From an uncultured Clostridia bacterium (GTDB lineage Bacteria > Bacillota > Clostridia > TANB77 > CAG-508), in NCBI GenBank assembly GCA_944386325.1, contig CALXAP010000003.1:2488-66487 (forward strand): DNA of 64,000 bases. Reading direction: 5' to 3'. The notes beneath the pieces are model-generated. The model was given only the letters and a program-made list of their open reading frames with translations. It was not told the origin of the DNA and did no database searches. Of this stretch, positions 48,523 to 58,645 are shown piece by piece. The translations under genes were made by a program, and so were the position numbers. Each line of letters begins with the position of its first letter. The first letter of the stretch is position 1.

Positions 48523-50748
48523 ATGGACAAAAAAAATATTATAGATAAAATAGGCTTTTTTGTAATTATAGTTACAATTATAATGTTAAATATGTTTATA
48601 GGTTCTAATATAAAAGAACCTATATGGATAATACAAGCAATAGTAAGTGCATTTACAGCAATTTATTTAATCATCAAAAAAATTCAAAAAACAAAAAATA
48701 TTATTATAAAACGAAAAATAGATATAGCAGTACTAGTTTTTATGATTTCTACTACGATACCTTTAATTTTTAATACATATGTATCACTTGAGGGAACAAT
48801 AAATTTTATATTAAAATATTGGTCTATTTATGGATTATATATTTTAGTAAACAATATAGTAATTGGCGATAATAAGAAAATAAATATAGTAGTAAATACT
48901 CTTATTTTTTCTTCAGTAATAGTAATAATTTTTGGATTTGATAAATTTACATTTAATATTTTTACAAAAATATATGAGATATTAAATTCTGTTAATATAG
49001 AAGATACTAGAATGATTTCAACATTTGGTTATGCAAATACTTTGGCTGCATATTTAAGCTTTGTAATAGTATTAGCAATTGGGCAATTTGTCAAAAATAA
49101 AGATAATATAAAAAATAGAATAATATATGGTATATATATTTTATTAGCTATAATAACTATAATATTAACACAATCAAAAATGGTTTTAGCAATAGATGCC
49201 TTAATAATTTTACTTTTTATTATATTTCAAATAAAAAATAAGAAAATATCTAAAAAATGGATTTTCGTAGGAATAATAGGAATAGAATTATTTTTTATTT
49301 ATTTTCTTATAGCTATAAATATAGATAAACCTTTAGTTGTTACTGATGAAGAGAAAACATGTGTAATAAGAGGAATAGAATCTAATATAGATTATAATTT
49401 ATATTTTAATATAGATGCAAACACAGATAAAACATATGATGTTTTTAAGATAAAAATAGTTGAGGTAAATAGATATTTTACAGAAAAAGTTCTTGCAAGA
49501 TTTAATTTAGGGGATTTTACAGGCACAAAAAGTTTAAATATTCATACAGGGGATTTAGTTGATCATATAGAAATAAGAATTGAAAATGAATTAAATCAAG
49601 AAATAACAATAAATGATTTTAGAATAAATGGAAAAAAATATATACTTGAGTATAAAATAATACCAGAGCCATTAGTAAGAGTATTTACAACATTTAATTT
49701 TAAAAACTCAAGTGTATGGCAAAGAGCAGATTTCTGGCAAGATAGTTTAGATATAATAAAGGATAATTGGGTATTTGGAGCAGGCGGAAATGCTTGGAGA
49801 ATGTTATATGGACAAGTACAAGATTATTTATATTATGCGAAAGAGGCACATTCATATATATTAGAAGTATGGATGTCATTTGGTATAGTGGGAATAGCTA
49901 GTTATATAATTATAATTATATTAACTATAAAAAGTGTTATAAATATTTTTAAGAAACAGGATAAAAAGAATAATAATATTTTAATTATTGCTATAGGATT
50001 AAGTATAATTTTGATTCATTCTTGCATGGATTTTGATATGTCATATTTAATTATAGAAATGATTGTATTTATGTTTATAGCAATATTAAACAAAGATGAA
50101 ACTGAAATTAAATCTGATTTGAAAATTATAGATATAATAATTTCAATTGCTTTTCTAGCAGTAGGAATAGGAAATATTTTAGGTTTGGTAGCAGATAATA
50201 TAAAAGATGAAAATATGTATTATGGAAATAAGTTAGCTAGTTGGGTAAGTAAATATAATTATAATGAAATAATTTACTATGAAAATAACAATATTCAAGA
50301 TGAAGATAAAATAAATAAAATTAAGAAATTCATTAAGGAAGAACCATATTTATATCAAAATATTATGTATGAAATCATGTCAAATCAAATTATAAAAGAT
50401 TTTAACAATGGAAATATAGATAGAGCAAAAACTAATATAGATTATTTAATTAATGTGTTAAATAATGTAAAAGTGGAAAGAATTTATGAAATAGAATCAA
50501 TACAAAAAAGATCAGAAATATTATTAAATTTGTCTCAAAGTTTAGATACATTATATAAAGAAACACAAGATGATTATTATAAAAGTACTATGGAAAAGGT
50601 TATAGATATTATAAAAAAAGATTATGAAAAATATAGATATAAAGCATATGATTTTGAAAAATCACAATTTGATGAATTGATAACACAATATAAAATAGAG
50701 TTTTATGATAGAACATATAATGATGCATTAAATTTATTAGGTAGTTAG
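48523..50748 (+). CDS. O-antigen ligase/polymerase (Wzy_C) family membrane protein with a long C-terminal soluble extension
   Basis: Many TM helices. The AHSYILEVWMSFGIVG motif is typical of Wzy_C. The extracytoplasmic insertion and ~200-aa helical tail are my inference. Confidence 0.75.
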   Translation: MDKKNIIDKIGFFVIIVTIIMLNMFIGSNIKEPIWIIQAIVSAFTAIYLIIKKIQKTKNIIIKRKIDIAVLVFMISTTIPLIFNTYVSLEGTINFILKYWSIYGLYILVNNIVIGDNKKINIVVNTLIFSSVIVIIFGFDKFTFNIFTKIYEILNSVNIEDTRMISTFGYANTLAAYLSFVIVLAIGQFVKNKDNIKNRIIYGIYILLAIITIILTQSKMVLAIDALIILLFIIFQIKNKKISKKWIFVGIIGIELFFIYFLIAINIDKPLVVTDEEKTCVIRGIESNIDYNLYFNIDANTDKTYDVFKIKIVEVNRYFTEKVLARFNLGDFTGTKSLNIHTGDLVDHIEIRIENELNQEITINDFRINGKKYILEYKIIPEPLVRVFTTFNFKNSSVWQRADFWQDSLDIIKDNWVFGAGGNAWRMLYGQVQDYLYYAKEAHSYILEVWMSFGIVGIASYIIIIILTIKSVINIFKKQDKKNNNILIIAIGLSIILIHSCMDFDMSYLIIEMIVFMFIAILNKDETEIKSDLKIIDIIISIAFLAVGIGNILGLVADNIKDENMYYGNKLASWVSKYNYNEIIYYENNNIQDEDKINKIKKFIKEEPYLYQNIMYEIMSNQIIKDFNNGNIDRAKTNIDYLINVLNNVKVERIYEIESIQKRSEILLNLSQSLDTLYKETQDDYYKSTMEKVIDIIKKDYEKYRYKAYDFEKSQFDELITQYKIEFYDRTYNDALNLLGS

Positions 50749-50756
50749 GAGAAAAT

Positions 50757-51506
50757 ATGGAATATGTAGATATTATAATGCCTGCATATAATTGTGAAAA
50801 ATATATTAAATTTGCAATACAGTCTGTAAGAAAACAAACTATAAGTAATTGGAGATTAATTATAATAGATGATAAATCTACAGATAATACTGTTAAAGAA
50901 ATCGAAAAGGCTATAAATAAAATAGAAGAAAAAGTAGTATTTATAAAATTAGATAAAAATAGAGGTGTTGCAAATGCAAGAAATGTAGGTATAAATAATT
51001 CGAGAAATAGATATATTGCTTTTTTAGATGCTGATGATATATGGAGAGAAGATAAATTAGAAAAACAATTAAACTATATGAAGAAAAATAAATATATTTT
51101 TACATATACATCATATAGATATTTAAAAAATTCAAAGTATAAAAATATAAAAAAAATGCCAAAATATTTAAGTTATAAGTCAGCATTAAAAAATACTTTT
51201 ATATTAACTTCTACAGTAATAATAGATACAAGAAATATACGAAAAAATGAGTTAATTATGCCTAATATAGGAAGTGAAGATACAGCTACTTGGTGGAATA
51301 TATTAAAAAATGGATATACAGCATATGGATATAATGAGATTTTAACAACATATAGAATTACTAAACATGGGTTATCATATAATAAATTTATTAATATAAG
51401 AAAAACATGGAATTTGTATAGAAGAAATGAAAAGTTAAATATATTTAAATCTACATATTATTTTTTAAATTATATATATAATGCCGTAAAAAAAAGAGTT
51501 GTATAG
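50757..51506 (+). CDS. glycosyltransferase family 2
   Basis: Motifs IIMPAYNCEKYI, IDDKSTDNT and FLDADD. Confidence 0.9.
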   Translation: MEYVDIIMPAYNCEKYIKFAIQSVRKQTISNWRLIIIDDKSTDNTVKEIEKAINKIEEKVVFIKLDKNRGVANARNVGINNSRNRYIAFLDADDIWREDKLEKQLNYMKKNKYIFTYTSYRYLKNSKYKNIKKMPKYLSYKSALKNTFILTSTVIIDTRNIRKNELIMPNIGSEDTATWWNILKNGYTAYGYNEILTTYRITKHGLSYNKFINIRKTWNLYRRNEKLNIFKSTYYFLNYIYNAVKKRVV

Positions 51507-51513
51507 GTGAGAA

Positions 51514-52341
51514 ATGGAAAAAAATATAGAAGTTTTATTATCAGTTATGAATATAAAAAATAAGGAAGAATTTAAAGAGAAAATAAAAGAAAATAATATT
51601 AAATCAAATGTATTAGCAATAAATCAAGTTAATAATATTAAATATAAATTTGATTATGTAGAAAAAAATAAATGTATATATTCATATATGGAGAGGGGAG
51701 CAAGCAATAGTAGAAATAGATTGCTTGAAAATGCAAATGGTGATATTTGCATTTTTGCAGATGATGATGTTGTATTTGATAACAATTACGAAGAAATAAT
51801 TATTAATGAATATGATAAAAATCCTGATGCTGATATTATAGTATTTTATGTTAAAAGTATGGGAAAAGAAAGAGAGAAAAATAAAAAAATAGGAAATAAA
51901 AAAATAAATAGCTTAGATATTATGAGAGTTAGAGCATATGAGGTTGCTTTAAAAAAAGATACTATAGAAAAAATAAAAAAGAATAATATAAAATTTGATA
52001 AAAATTTTGGCCCAACAGGTATATTTAAAAAAGGTGAAGAGACAATATTTTTCTCAGATTTATATAGAAAAAAATTTAAAATGTATAGTAGTAATAAATT
52101 AATAGGAATAGTAAGACATGGTGAGAGTTCATGGTTTAAAGGATTTAATAAAAAGTATATGTTCGATCAAGGAGCTATATTTTATAGAATGAATCCTAAG
52201 TTATATAAATTATTAATATTACAATATATAATAAGAAAATTTAGCTTATATAATAAAAATATGAGTATGATTCAAGCATATAAGTATATGCTTATAGGTT
52301 CTATTAAATGTAAAAAAATATATGGAGAGAAAAGTGATTAA
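51514..52341 (+). CDS. glycosyltransferase (GT-A fold)
   Basis: Motifs GASNSRN and FADDDV (DxD). Confidence 0.65.
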   Translation: MEKNIEVLLSVMNIKNKEEFKEKIKENNIKSNVLAINQVNNIKYKFDYVEKNKCIYSYMERGASNSRNRLLENANGDICIFADDDVVFDNNYEEIIINEYDKNPDADIIVFYVKSMGKEREKNKKIGNKKINSLDIMRVRAYEVALKKDTIEKIKKNNIKFDKNFGPTGIFKKGEETIFFSDLYRKKFKMYSSNKLIGIVRHGESSWFKGFNKKYMFDQGAIFYRMNPKLYKLLILQYIIRKFSLYNKNMSMIQAYKYMLIGSIKCKKIYGEKSD

Positions 52342-53392
52342 TAAATTAATTAGTATAATTATTATTGTATATAATACAAAGGAAGAATATTTAAGAAGAG
52401 CTTTAGAAAGTGTGTTAAATCAGACAATCAGGGATATAGAGATTATTTTAGTAAATGATGGTTCTGATAAAAATACGACTGATATATGTAAAGAATATAG
52501 TACAAAAGATAAACGAATTAAATTGATAAATCAATCAAATATGGGAGAATCTGTTGCGAGAAATGTTGGAATAGAAAATTCAACAACAGAATATATAACT
52601 TTTTTAGATAGTGATGATTGGTTAGAACCAAATATGTGTGAAGATTTAATAAAATACATAAATGAAATAAATGCCGATTTTGATATAATAGTTTTTAATT
52701 GTTTTGTTAATATTAATAAAAAACAATATAAAAATGAATTTTATTGTAAAAATGGATTATTAAATAAAAATGATATAGAAGATTTGCAGCTTCAAAACAT
52801 AGAAAAAGGCATTTCTAAATATTATCCATCAAAAGTAAATGTTTCAGTTGTTTGGTCAAAAGTATATAATAAAAATTTTATAATAGAAAATAATTTAAAG
52901 TTTATACCAAATGTAGTAAGAATGCCTGATGCAATATTTAATATGTATGCTTTAGAAAAGGCAGAAAAAATATATGTATTAAATAAATATTTGTATCACT
53001 ATAGGATAAATAGATATTCTATAACACAGAAATTTTCTATTAATACAATAAATTATTTTGAAACATATATAGAGTATGTAAAAAAGTATATAATTGAATA
53101 TAAAAAAAATAAAAAATTTGAAGATATACTTAATATAAAGATATTTACAAGTATAGATAATTATATGACAAATTATTTTTTTCATAATGATAATAATAAA
53201 AATAGAAAAACTCTAAAAAAAGAATTTATAAACTTATTAGATAAACCATTATATAAGGATGCCATAAATAAAATAAAAAAAGAAAGATTATCTTTATATC
53301 AAAGATTAGTTTTAAAATATGTAATTAAAAAAAATTTTTTTGTATTAAAAATACTTAAAAAAATAAAAAGTATAATAAAATCATTAATATAG
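52322..53392 (+). CDS. glycosyltransferase family 2
   Basis: Motifs SIIIIVYNTKEEYL, VNDGSDKNT and FLDSDD. The start may be GTG at 52334. Confidence 0.9.
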   Translation: MERKVINKLISIIIIVYNTKEEYLRRALESVLNQTIRDIEIILVNDGSDKNTTDICKEYSTKDKRIKLINQSNMGESVARNVGIENSTTEYITFLDSDDWLEPNMCEDLIKYINEINADFDIIVFNCFVNINKKQYKNEFYCKNGLLNKNDIEDLQLQNIEKGISKYYPSKVNVSVVWSKVYNKNFIIENNLKFIPNVVRMPDAIFNMYALEKAEKIYVLNKYLYHYRINRYSITQKFSINTINYFETYIEYVKKYIIEYKKNKKFEDILNIKIFTSIDNYMTNYFFHNDNNKNRKTLKKEFINLLDKPLYKDAINKIKKERLSLYQRLVLKYVIKKNFFVLKILKKIKSIIKSLI

Positions 53393-53480
53393 CTATTGGA
53401 AATAATTAAAAAAATAGATATTGTGAATTAAATTTATAAAAAAGGTTAACCTAAAATTAAAACAGATTTTAGGAGTTATT

Positions 53481-54708
53481 ATGAAAAGATTAAAAATATC
53501 TATTTTACTTATTATTTTAACAATAGCTTTAATTTATGCATCAAATATAAATTCTATTCCTGGTAATATAATACTTTTTGAAGGCGAAAAATTAAATATA
53601 AATATGCTTATAGGAATGAGTATAAAAAGTGAAGATGAGTATGCAGCAATACAAACATCTTCTGAAAATAATGATAAGACAGTAAAAAAAGAAACATATA
53701 ATGTAGAATTATTAAATACAATACCTATAAAAACAGTTACAGCAAATATAATACCTAAAACTGAGGTTATACCTATAGGAACTACTATAGGATTAAAATT
53801 ATATACAGATGGAGTATTAGTAGTAGGAATGTCAGAAATAGAGGATATAAATAATGATTATGTTAAACCATATGAGAAAAGTAATATAAAAGAAGGAGAT
53901 AGAATAGTAGAAGTAAATGATAATATTATAACATGTACTGCAGATTTAATAGAAAATGTAAATAATTCAAATGGAAATGCTGTTAAAATCAAATATATTA
54001 ATTCAGATAATATATATAATACAGAAGAAGTAAAACCAGCTAAAGTGTCAAGTAGTCAATATAAATTAGGATTATGGGTAAGAGATGCTGCTGCAGGAGT
54101 TGGAACAATGACTTTTTATGAACCTAGTACAAAGAGTTTTGGAGCTTTAGGACATGGAATAGTAGATATAGATACAGGTGAATTAATTGATATTGCAAAT
54201 GGCGAGTTAACAACTGCTAATGTTATGTCTGTTGTAAAGGGCGAAAAAGGAAATCCTGGAGAAATAAAAGGTAGTCTTAATGATCAAAATAATATAGGTG
54301 ATATTGCTAAAAATACTAAATTAGGTATATATGGAAAATTAACTAATGTAGCAGCATTAGGAGTAGGAAACGAAGCAAAAATTCCAGTAGCATTAAGAGA
54401 TGAAATTCAAGAAGGAAAGGCTAAAATAATATGTTCATTAGATAATGGTAATAGAAAAGAGTATGAAATAGAAATACAAAGAATATTCAAAAATAATAAT
54501 GAAGATAATAAGAGTATGATAATAAAGGTAACAGATGAAGAATTATTAGAAAAAACAGGAGGAATTATACAACGGAATGAGTGGTAGTCCTATAATTCAA
54601 AATGGAAAATTTATAGGTGCAGTTACACATGTTTTAGTAAATAATCCAACTATGGGATATGCAATTTTTGGTGATTTGATGATTAAACAAATGAAAGAAG
54701 TAGAATAA
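53481..54708 (+). pseudogene. spoIVB: SpoIVB peptidase (S55) interrupted by a +1 frameshift at about 54573
   Basis: PDZ region (KEGDRIVEVND) and catalytic His context (FGALGHGI). Frame 0 ends at TAG 54585-54587. The next frame, 54574-54708, reads [32 protein letters not shown], which contains the catalytic Ser motif. Confidence 0.85.
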
Positions 54709-54769
54709 AGCTATTTCTCAAAAAAATTATGCAATATTAATATATAAAAAAATATAAATCATAACATAG

Positions 54770-54833
54770 AAAAATCCAATAAAATAGTTGTAGGGGCGAA
54801 CAGTGTTCGCCCGCTCAACGAAGGTATTCTTCC
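54770..54833. repeat. B-family GC-rich hairpin module
   Basis: AATAAAATAGTTGTAGGGGCGAACAGTGTTCGCCCGCTCAACG, with outer GTTG/CAAC pairing. Confidence 0.85.
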
Positions 54834-54884
54834 AAAAATTTATTCAATATTATTATATCAAAATCTTTATCTTGTGAACAGTAA
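54834..54884. repeat. solo right end of repeat element A
   Basis: AAAATTTATTCAATATTATTATATCAAAATCTTTATCTTGT matches 32894-32935. Confidence 0.8.
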
Positions 54885-55047
54885 ATAAAATATAACATGT
54901 TCTCCTGAAATTTTATAATATAATTATTGACAAAAAAATATAATATGATATATTTTTAAATTGTACAATTTACAAATAATATTAAAAATATTATTAATAT
55001 GAAAAAATTTAACAGGAAATAATATCTGTTAAAAAGGAGAATTAAAA

Positions 55048-55602
55048 ATGCTTAAGAACATTTTTTTACATACAAAAGTAATATTAAAACATAAGTGGAT
55101 AGTATTTAAACTTTGTTGTATGGCAGGTATACCTTGGAGAGGATTAGTTCATGACTTATCTAAATTTTCGCCTACAGAATTCTGTGAAGGTGTTAAGTAT
55201 TATCAGGGAAATAGAAGTCCTATAACAGCATGTGTAGAAGATAAAGGATATTCAGAAGCTCGTTTACATCATAGAGGTAGAAATAAACACCATGCAGCAT
55301 ATTGGTACGACAGATTTGCTACAAATCCTGCACCTATTATTCCATTTAAATATGTGTGTGAAATGATATGTGATAAAATATCTGCTTCTATTACATATAA
55401 GGGAAAAGAGTGGAAACAATCATATCCAATGGAATATTGGAGCAAAAAAGAAGGCAAAGAAATTTTAAATCCAAAAATAAATAATGTATTAACAGAAACA
55501 TTTTTTCAGGTATCTAAAAATGGTATAAAAAAGACAATAAATAAGAAGAATTTAAAAAATATTTACGATAGATATGTATATAATGATTTAGAAGATGAAT
55601 AG
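55048..55602 (+). CDS. DUF5662-like protein
   Basis: The HDLSKFSP..EF and HH..NKHH pattern is recalled from that family. Not verified. Confidence 0.5.
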   Translation: MLKNIFLHTKVILKHKWIVFKLCCMAGIPWRGLVHDLSKFSPTEFCEGVKYYQGNRSPITACVEDKGYSEARLHHRGRNKHHAAYWYDRFATNPAPIIPFKYVCEMICDKISASITYKGKEWKQSYPMEYWSKKEGKEILNPKINNVLTETFFQVSKNGIKKTINKKNLKNIYDRYVYNDLEDE

Positions 55603-55767
55603 TAAGTGTAATTTATATGTAAATTTATTATTTTACAAAAATATCTAGCATAAAATTTAATAAATGTCTAATAATAAGAATATCTGATAAATGAATTTAA
55701 ATTGATATTAACAAAGATATAATAATAAAAATAATAAAAAATGAAAAAATAATAGCAATTAAGGAGT

Positions 55768-55796
55768 TTGAATAATATTATATGTTATGATAATAT
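55768..55796 (+). promoter_or_regulatory. sigma-A type promoter of the candidate 6S RNA
   Basis: TTGAAT, a 17-nt spacer, then TAATAT. Confidence 0.45.
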
Positions 55797-55814
55797 ATAT
55801 ACAACAAGAGAAAT

Positions 55815-56000
55815 AAATATCCCTGCATGGTGCGTGACATGATGGAAATTTTAGAACCAACAAGATATAAACGGGAGTCTAACTTTATGTATGGCGTGTA
55901 TGCTTAAATTTATTTAAGAAACCCAGAAGTATGTAAGAGGACACCCACCTGTGAAGAACAGGTCCTTAAAATTTCTTTACTTGACGGCTATAGCGGGGTT
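55815..56000 (+). ncRNA. ssrS: candidate 6S RNA
   Basis: A relatively GC-rich ~180-nt island in an ORF-free gap. Closing stem CCCUGC (55821-26) / GCGGGG (55993-98). Long helix 55844-58 / 55961-76. Apical hairpin 55903-18. Side hairpin ACCUGU/ACAGGU at 55947-63. It has its own promoter and terminator. Confidence 0.55.
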
Positions 56001-56034
56001 TAAATTATAAAATAATAAAAATATATATTAAGAT

Positions 56035-56064
56035 ATAGATACTTGTGATGTATCTATTTTTTTT
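56035..56064 (+). terminator. rho-independent terminator downstream of the candidate 6S RNA
   Basis: ATAGATAC / GTATCTAT stem followed by T7. Confidence 0.75.
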
Positions 56065-56239
56065 GCATTATATAATGTGAATGTATATATTCTTTCTATT
56101 TATATTAAATTTTTAAAATTAGTTATTATTTGAATTAATTAGAAAAAATTATAAAAAAATGTTATATTCGACAAATTTTGACAAAAAAATAAAAGATAAA
56201 GTTATATAATGTATAAAAGTTTATTTTGGAGGAATATAT

Positions 56240-56785
56240 ATGAGTTCAAAAAAAATATTAATTGTAACAATTGTAATAATAATATTTATATTATTTTTAT
56301 TATTATATAGAAATTATAAAGATAATGAAGCAAATGTTGTAGGAGCTGGATTTAAATCGATTTTAAATAAAGATAATATATTACAAAAATTAGAAAATGT
56401 TCAAAATGTATTAAATATAGATACTTCAAATATAAAAAATATTGAATTATCAGATATATTTGAAAATGAAGTGTATTGGAATATAGAGTTTGACAATAAT
56501 GTTTTTATTAGATTTGATGCAGTAAATAATAAAATTGAAAGATATATAGATGATAATGATTACACTAAACAAATTTCAGATTATATGAGTTATGAGGAAG
56601 TAAAAAAATTTATAATAGATAAATATATAAAATTAGGTTATAATAATGAATATAGTTTGGATAGTATAGAAAAAAGTAATGATAAATATTTATGGAAAGC
56701 TATATTTATTACAAAAAATGAAAATATTATAATTGAATTTATACCAGAAATAAATAGGATAATTAGTATAAATACAGTTAAATAA
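56240..56785 (+). CDS. membrane-anchored hypothetical protein (PepSY-like small ectodomain)
   Basis: GGAGG RBS. N-terminal TM helix. Confidence 0.55.
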   Translation: MSSKKILIVTIVIIIFILFLLLYRNYKDNEANVVGAGFKSILNKDNILQKLENVQNVLNIDTSNIKNIELSDIFENEVYWNIEFDNNVFIRFDAVNNKIERYIDDNDYTKQISDYMSYEEVKKFIIDKYIKLGYNNEYSLDSIEKSNDKYLWKAIFITKNENIIIEFIPEINRIISINTVK

Positions 56786-56811
56786 TTTATTATGTGGAGA
56801 TGATAAATAAT

Positions 56812-57570
56812 ATGAGAGTTTTAATAACAGGTGCTTCTTCAGGTATAGGTAGGGATTTAGCAAGAGCTTTCGCTAAAAGAGGATATGATTTAGTACTAAT
56901 TGCTAGAAATGAAGAAAGATTAAATAATATTAAAAACGAATTAGAGAATATGGTAAATATAGAAACTGAATTAGTAGATGTGTCATCACTAGAAAATTGT
57001 GTAAATATATATAATAAATATACTAATATTGATATCTTAGTTAATAATGCTGGCTTTGGAGATTGTGGCTATTTTGATAAAACTAATTTAGATAAAGAAA
57101 TGAATATGATAGATACAAATATTAAAGCATATCATATATTAATGAAATTATATTTAGAAAATATGATAAAAAAAGATAGTGGGAGAATTTTAAATGTTGC
57201 TTCTATAGCTGGTTTTATGCCAGGACCATTAATGGCTACTTATTATGCAACAAAATCTTATGTTGTTAGATTGTCTGAAGCTATTAGAGAGGAGTTAAAA
57301 AAAGAAAAATCAAATGTACAAATAAGCATTTTGTGTCCAGGACCTGTTGCAACTAATTTTAACAAAACAGCTAATGTTAAATTTAAAATAAGAGAAGCAA
57401 ATAGTGAAAAAGTAGCAGAATATACAGTAAAAAAACTATTAAAAGGAAAGTTTTATATTGTGCCAGGGATTGATATTAAATTTGCAAAATTTGGTGCAAA
57501 GATTGTACCATCTAATATGATTGCAAAAATAAATTATAAAGTACAAAAAAGAAAAGTATATAATAAATAA
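56812..57570 (+). CDS. SDR family oxidoreductase
   Basis: TGASSGIG, NNAG and YYATK (YxxxK). ATG at 56812 follows GGAG. Confidence 0.9.
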   Translation: MRVLITGASSGIGRDLARAFAKRGYDLVLIARNEERLNNIKNELENMVNIETELVDVSSLENCVNIYNKYTNIDILVNNAGFGDCGYFDKTNLDKEMNMIDTNIKAYHILMKLYLENMIKKDSGRILNVASIAGFMPGPLMATYYATKSYVVRLSEAIREELKKEKSNVQISILCPGPVATNFNKTANVKFKIREANSEKVAEYTVKKLLKGKFYIVPGIDIKFAKFGAKIVPSNMIAKINYKVQKRKVYNK

Positions 57571-57764
57571 AAATATATTATTTTTAACATAGATATTTAT
57601 TTGAAACTTTGTGGCGAAATATGTAGAAAAAAATCTTAATATCTTATATATTGATTTAATATGTTGTTATGATATAATCTATAAAAATGATATGAGATTA
57701 CAATTTTGAAATAATAATATTTCATAAATTGTATAAGTTGTGAATATTAATGATAGGAGAAAAC

Positions 57765-58643
57765 ATGAGAATATTAAAGAGAATATTATTGATACTATTT
57801 ATATTTTTATTCTTATTGATTATTTTTTGTATAAATATAGATAATAAATCATCGATATGTAAAGATATACAGACAAGTTGCAATATAGAAACAATTGAAT
57901 ATGATGGAAGGAGTATTTTTGTATTAACACCAAAAGGTGAAAAAAAGAGTGATATGGTAATATTATATCTACATGGTGGATCATATATGGGAGCAATGAC
58001 AAATGAACATTGGAATTTATATAAAGATTTAATCAATGATTTAGGGTGTACAATTGTGGCACCAGATTATCCACTTACTCCGAAATATAATTATAAAGAT
58101 GTAGAAAATATGATGTATCCATTTTATGAAATGTTTGTAGAAAAAATAAATACAGAAAATTTTGTTTTTATGGGTGATTCAGCAGGTGGAGGATTAGCAC
58201 TATCTATAACCCAAAAAGCAGGTGAAAACAACTTAAAGCTGCCTAAAAGGTTAATATTGATATCTCCATGGTTAGATGTGAGATTAGAAAATCCTGAAAT
58301 TGATGAGGTGCAAAAAAGAGATCCTGTATTATTCAAACCTACATTAAAATTAGCTGGAGAAATTTATGCTGGAGATGATGGTATTGATAATACATTTGTC
58401 AATCCAATAGATGGATATATAGGTAACTTACCAGAGATTACAATTTACACAGGAACTAATGATATATTAAATCCAGATGTTTATAAATTTAAAGAAAGAT
58501 TAAATAATAATGGTATAAATATAGATATAAGAGAAACACAAGGAGCTGTACATATATGGATATTAGAAAGACAAGAGGGGAAAGAAGAATATAAGGCAGA
58601 AGAAGGGTATGAAGATTTAGTAAATTTATTAAATAATATATAG
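57765..58643 (+). CDS. alpha/beta hydrolase (HSL-type esterase/lipase) with an N-terminal anchor
   Basis: HGG oxyanion motif (LHGGSY) and nucleophile elbow GDSAGG. ATG at 57765 follows AGGAG. Confidence 0.85.
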   Translation: MRILKRILLILFIFLFLLIIFCINIDNKSSICKDIQTSCNIETIEYDGRSIFVLTPKGEKKSDMVILYLHGGSYMGAMTNEHWNLYKDLINDLGCTIVAPDYPLTPKYNYKDVENMMYPFYEMFVEKINTENFVFMGDSAGGGLALSITQKAGENNLKLPKRLILISPWLDVRLENPEIDEVQKRDPVLFKPTLKLAGEIYAGDDGIDNTFVNPIDGYIGNLPEITIYTGTNDILNPDVYKFKERLNNNGINIDIRETQGAVHIWILERQEGKEEYKAEEGYEDLVNLLNNI

Positions 58644-58645
58644 GA

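Noticed and set aside
55815-56000. Alternative identities for the structured RNA: SRP RNA, tmRNA, RNase P RNA, or a riboswitch for the ORF at 56240.
   Set aside because: It has no SRP domain IV GGAA/AGCA motif, no tag ORF or CCA-end acceptor mimic, and no GAGGAAAGUCC. It is too short for RNase P RNA. Its terminator lies about 175 nt upstream of the next ORF, and the RNA has its own promoter.
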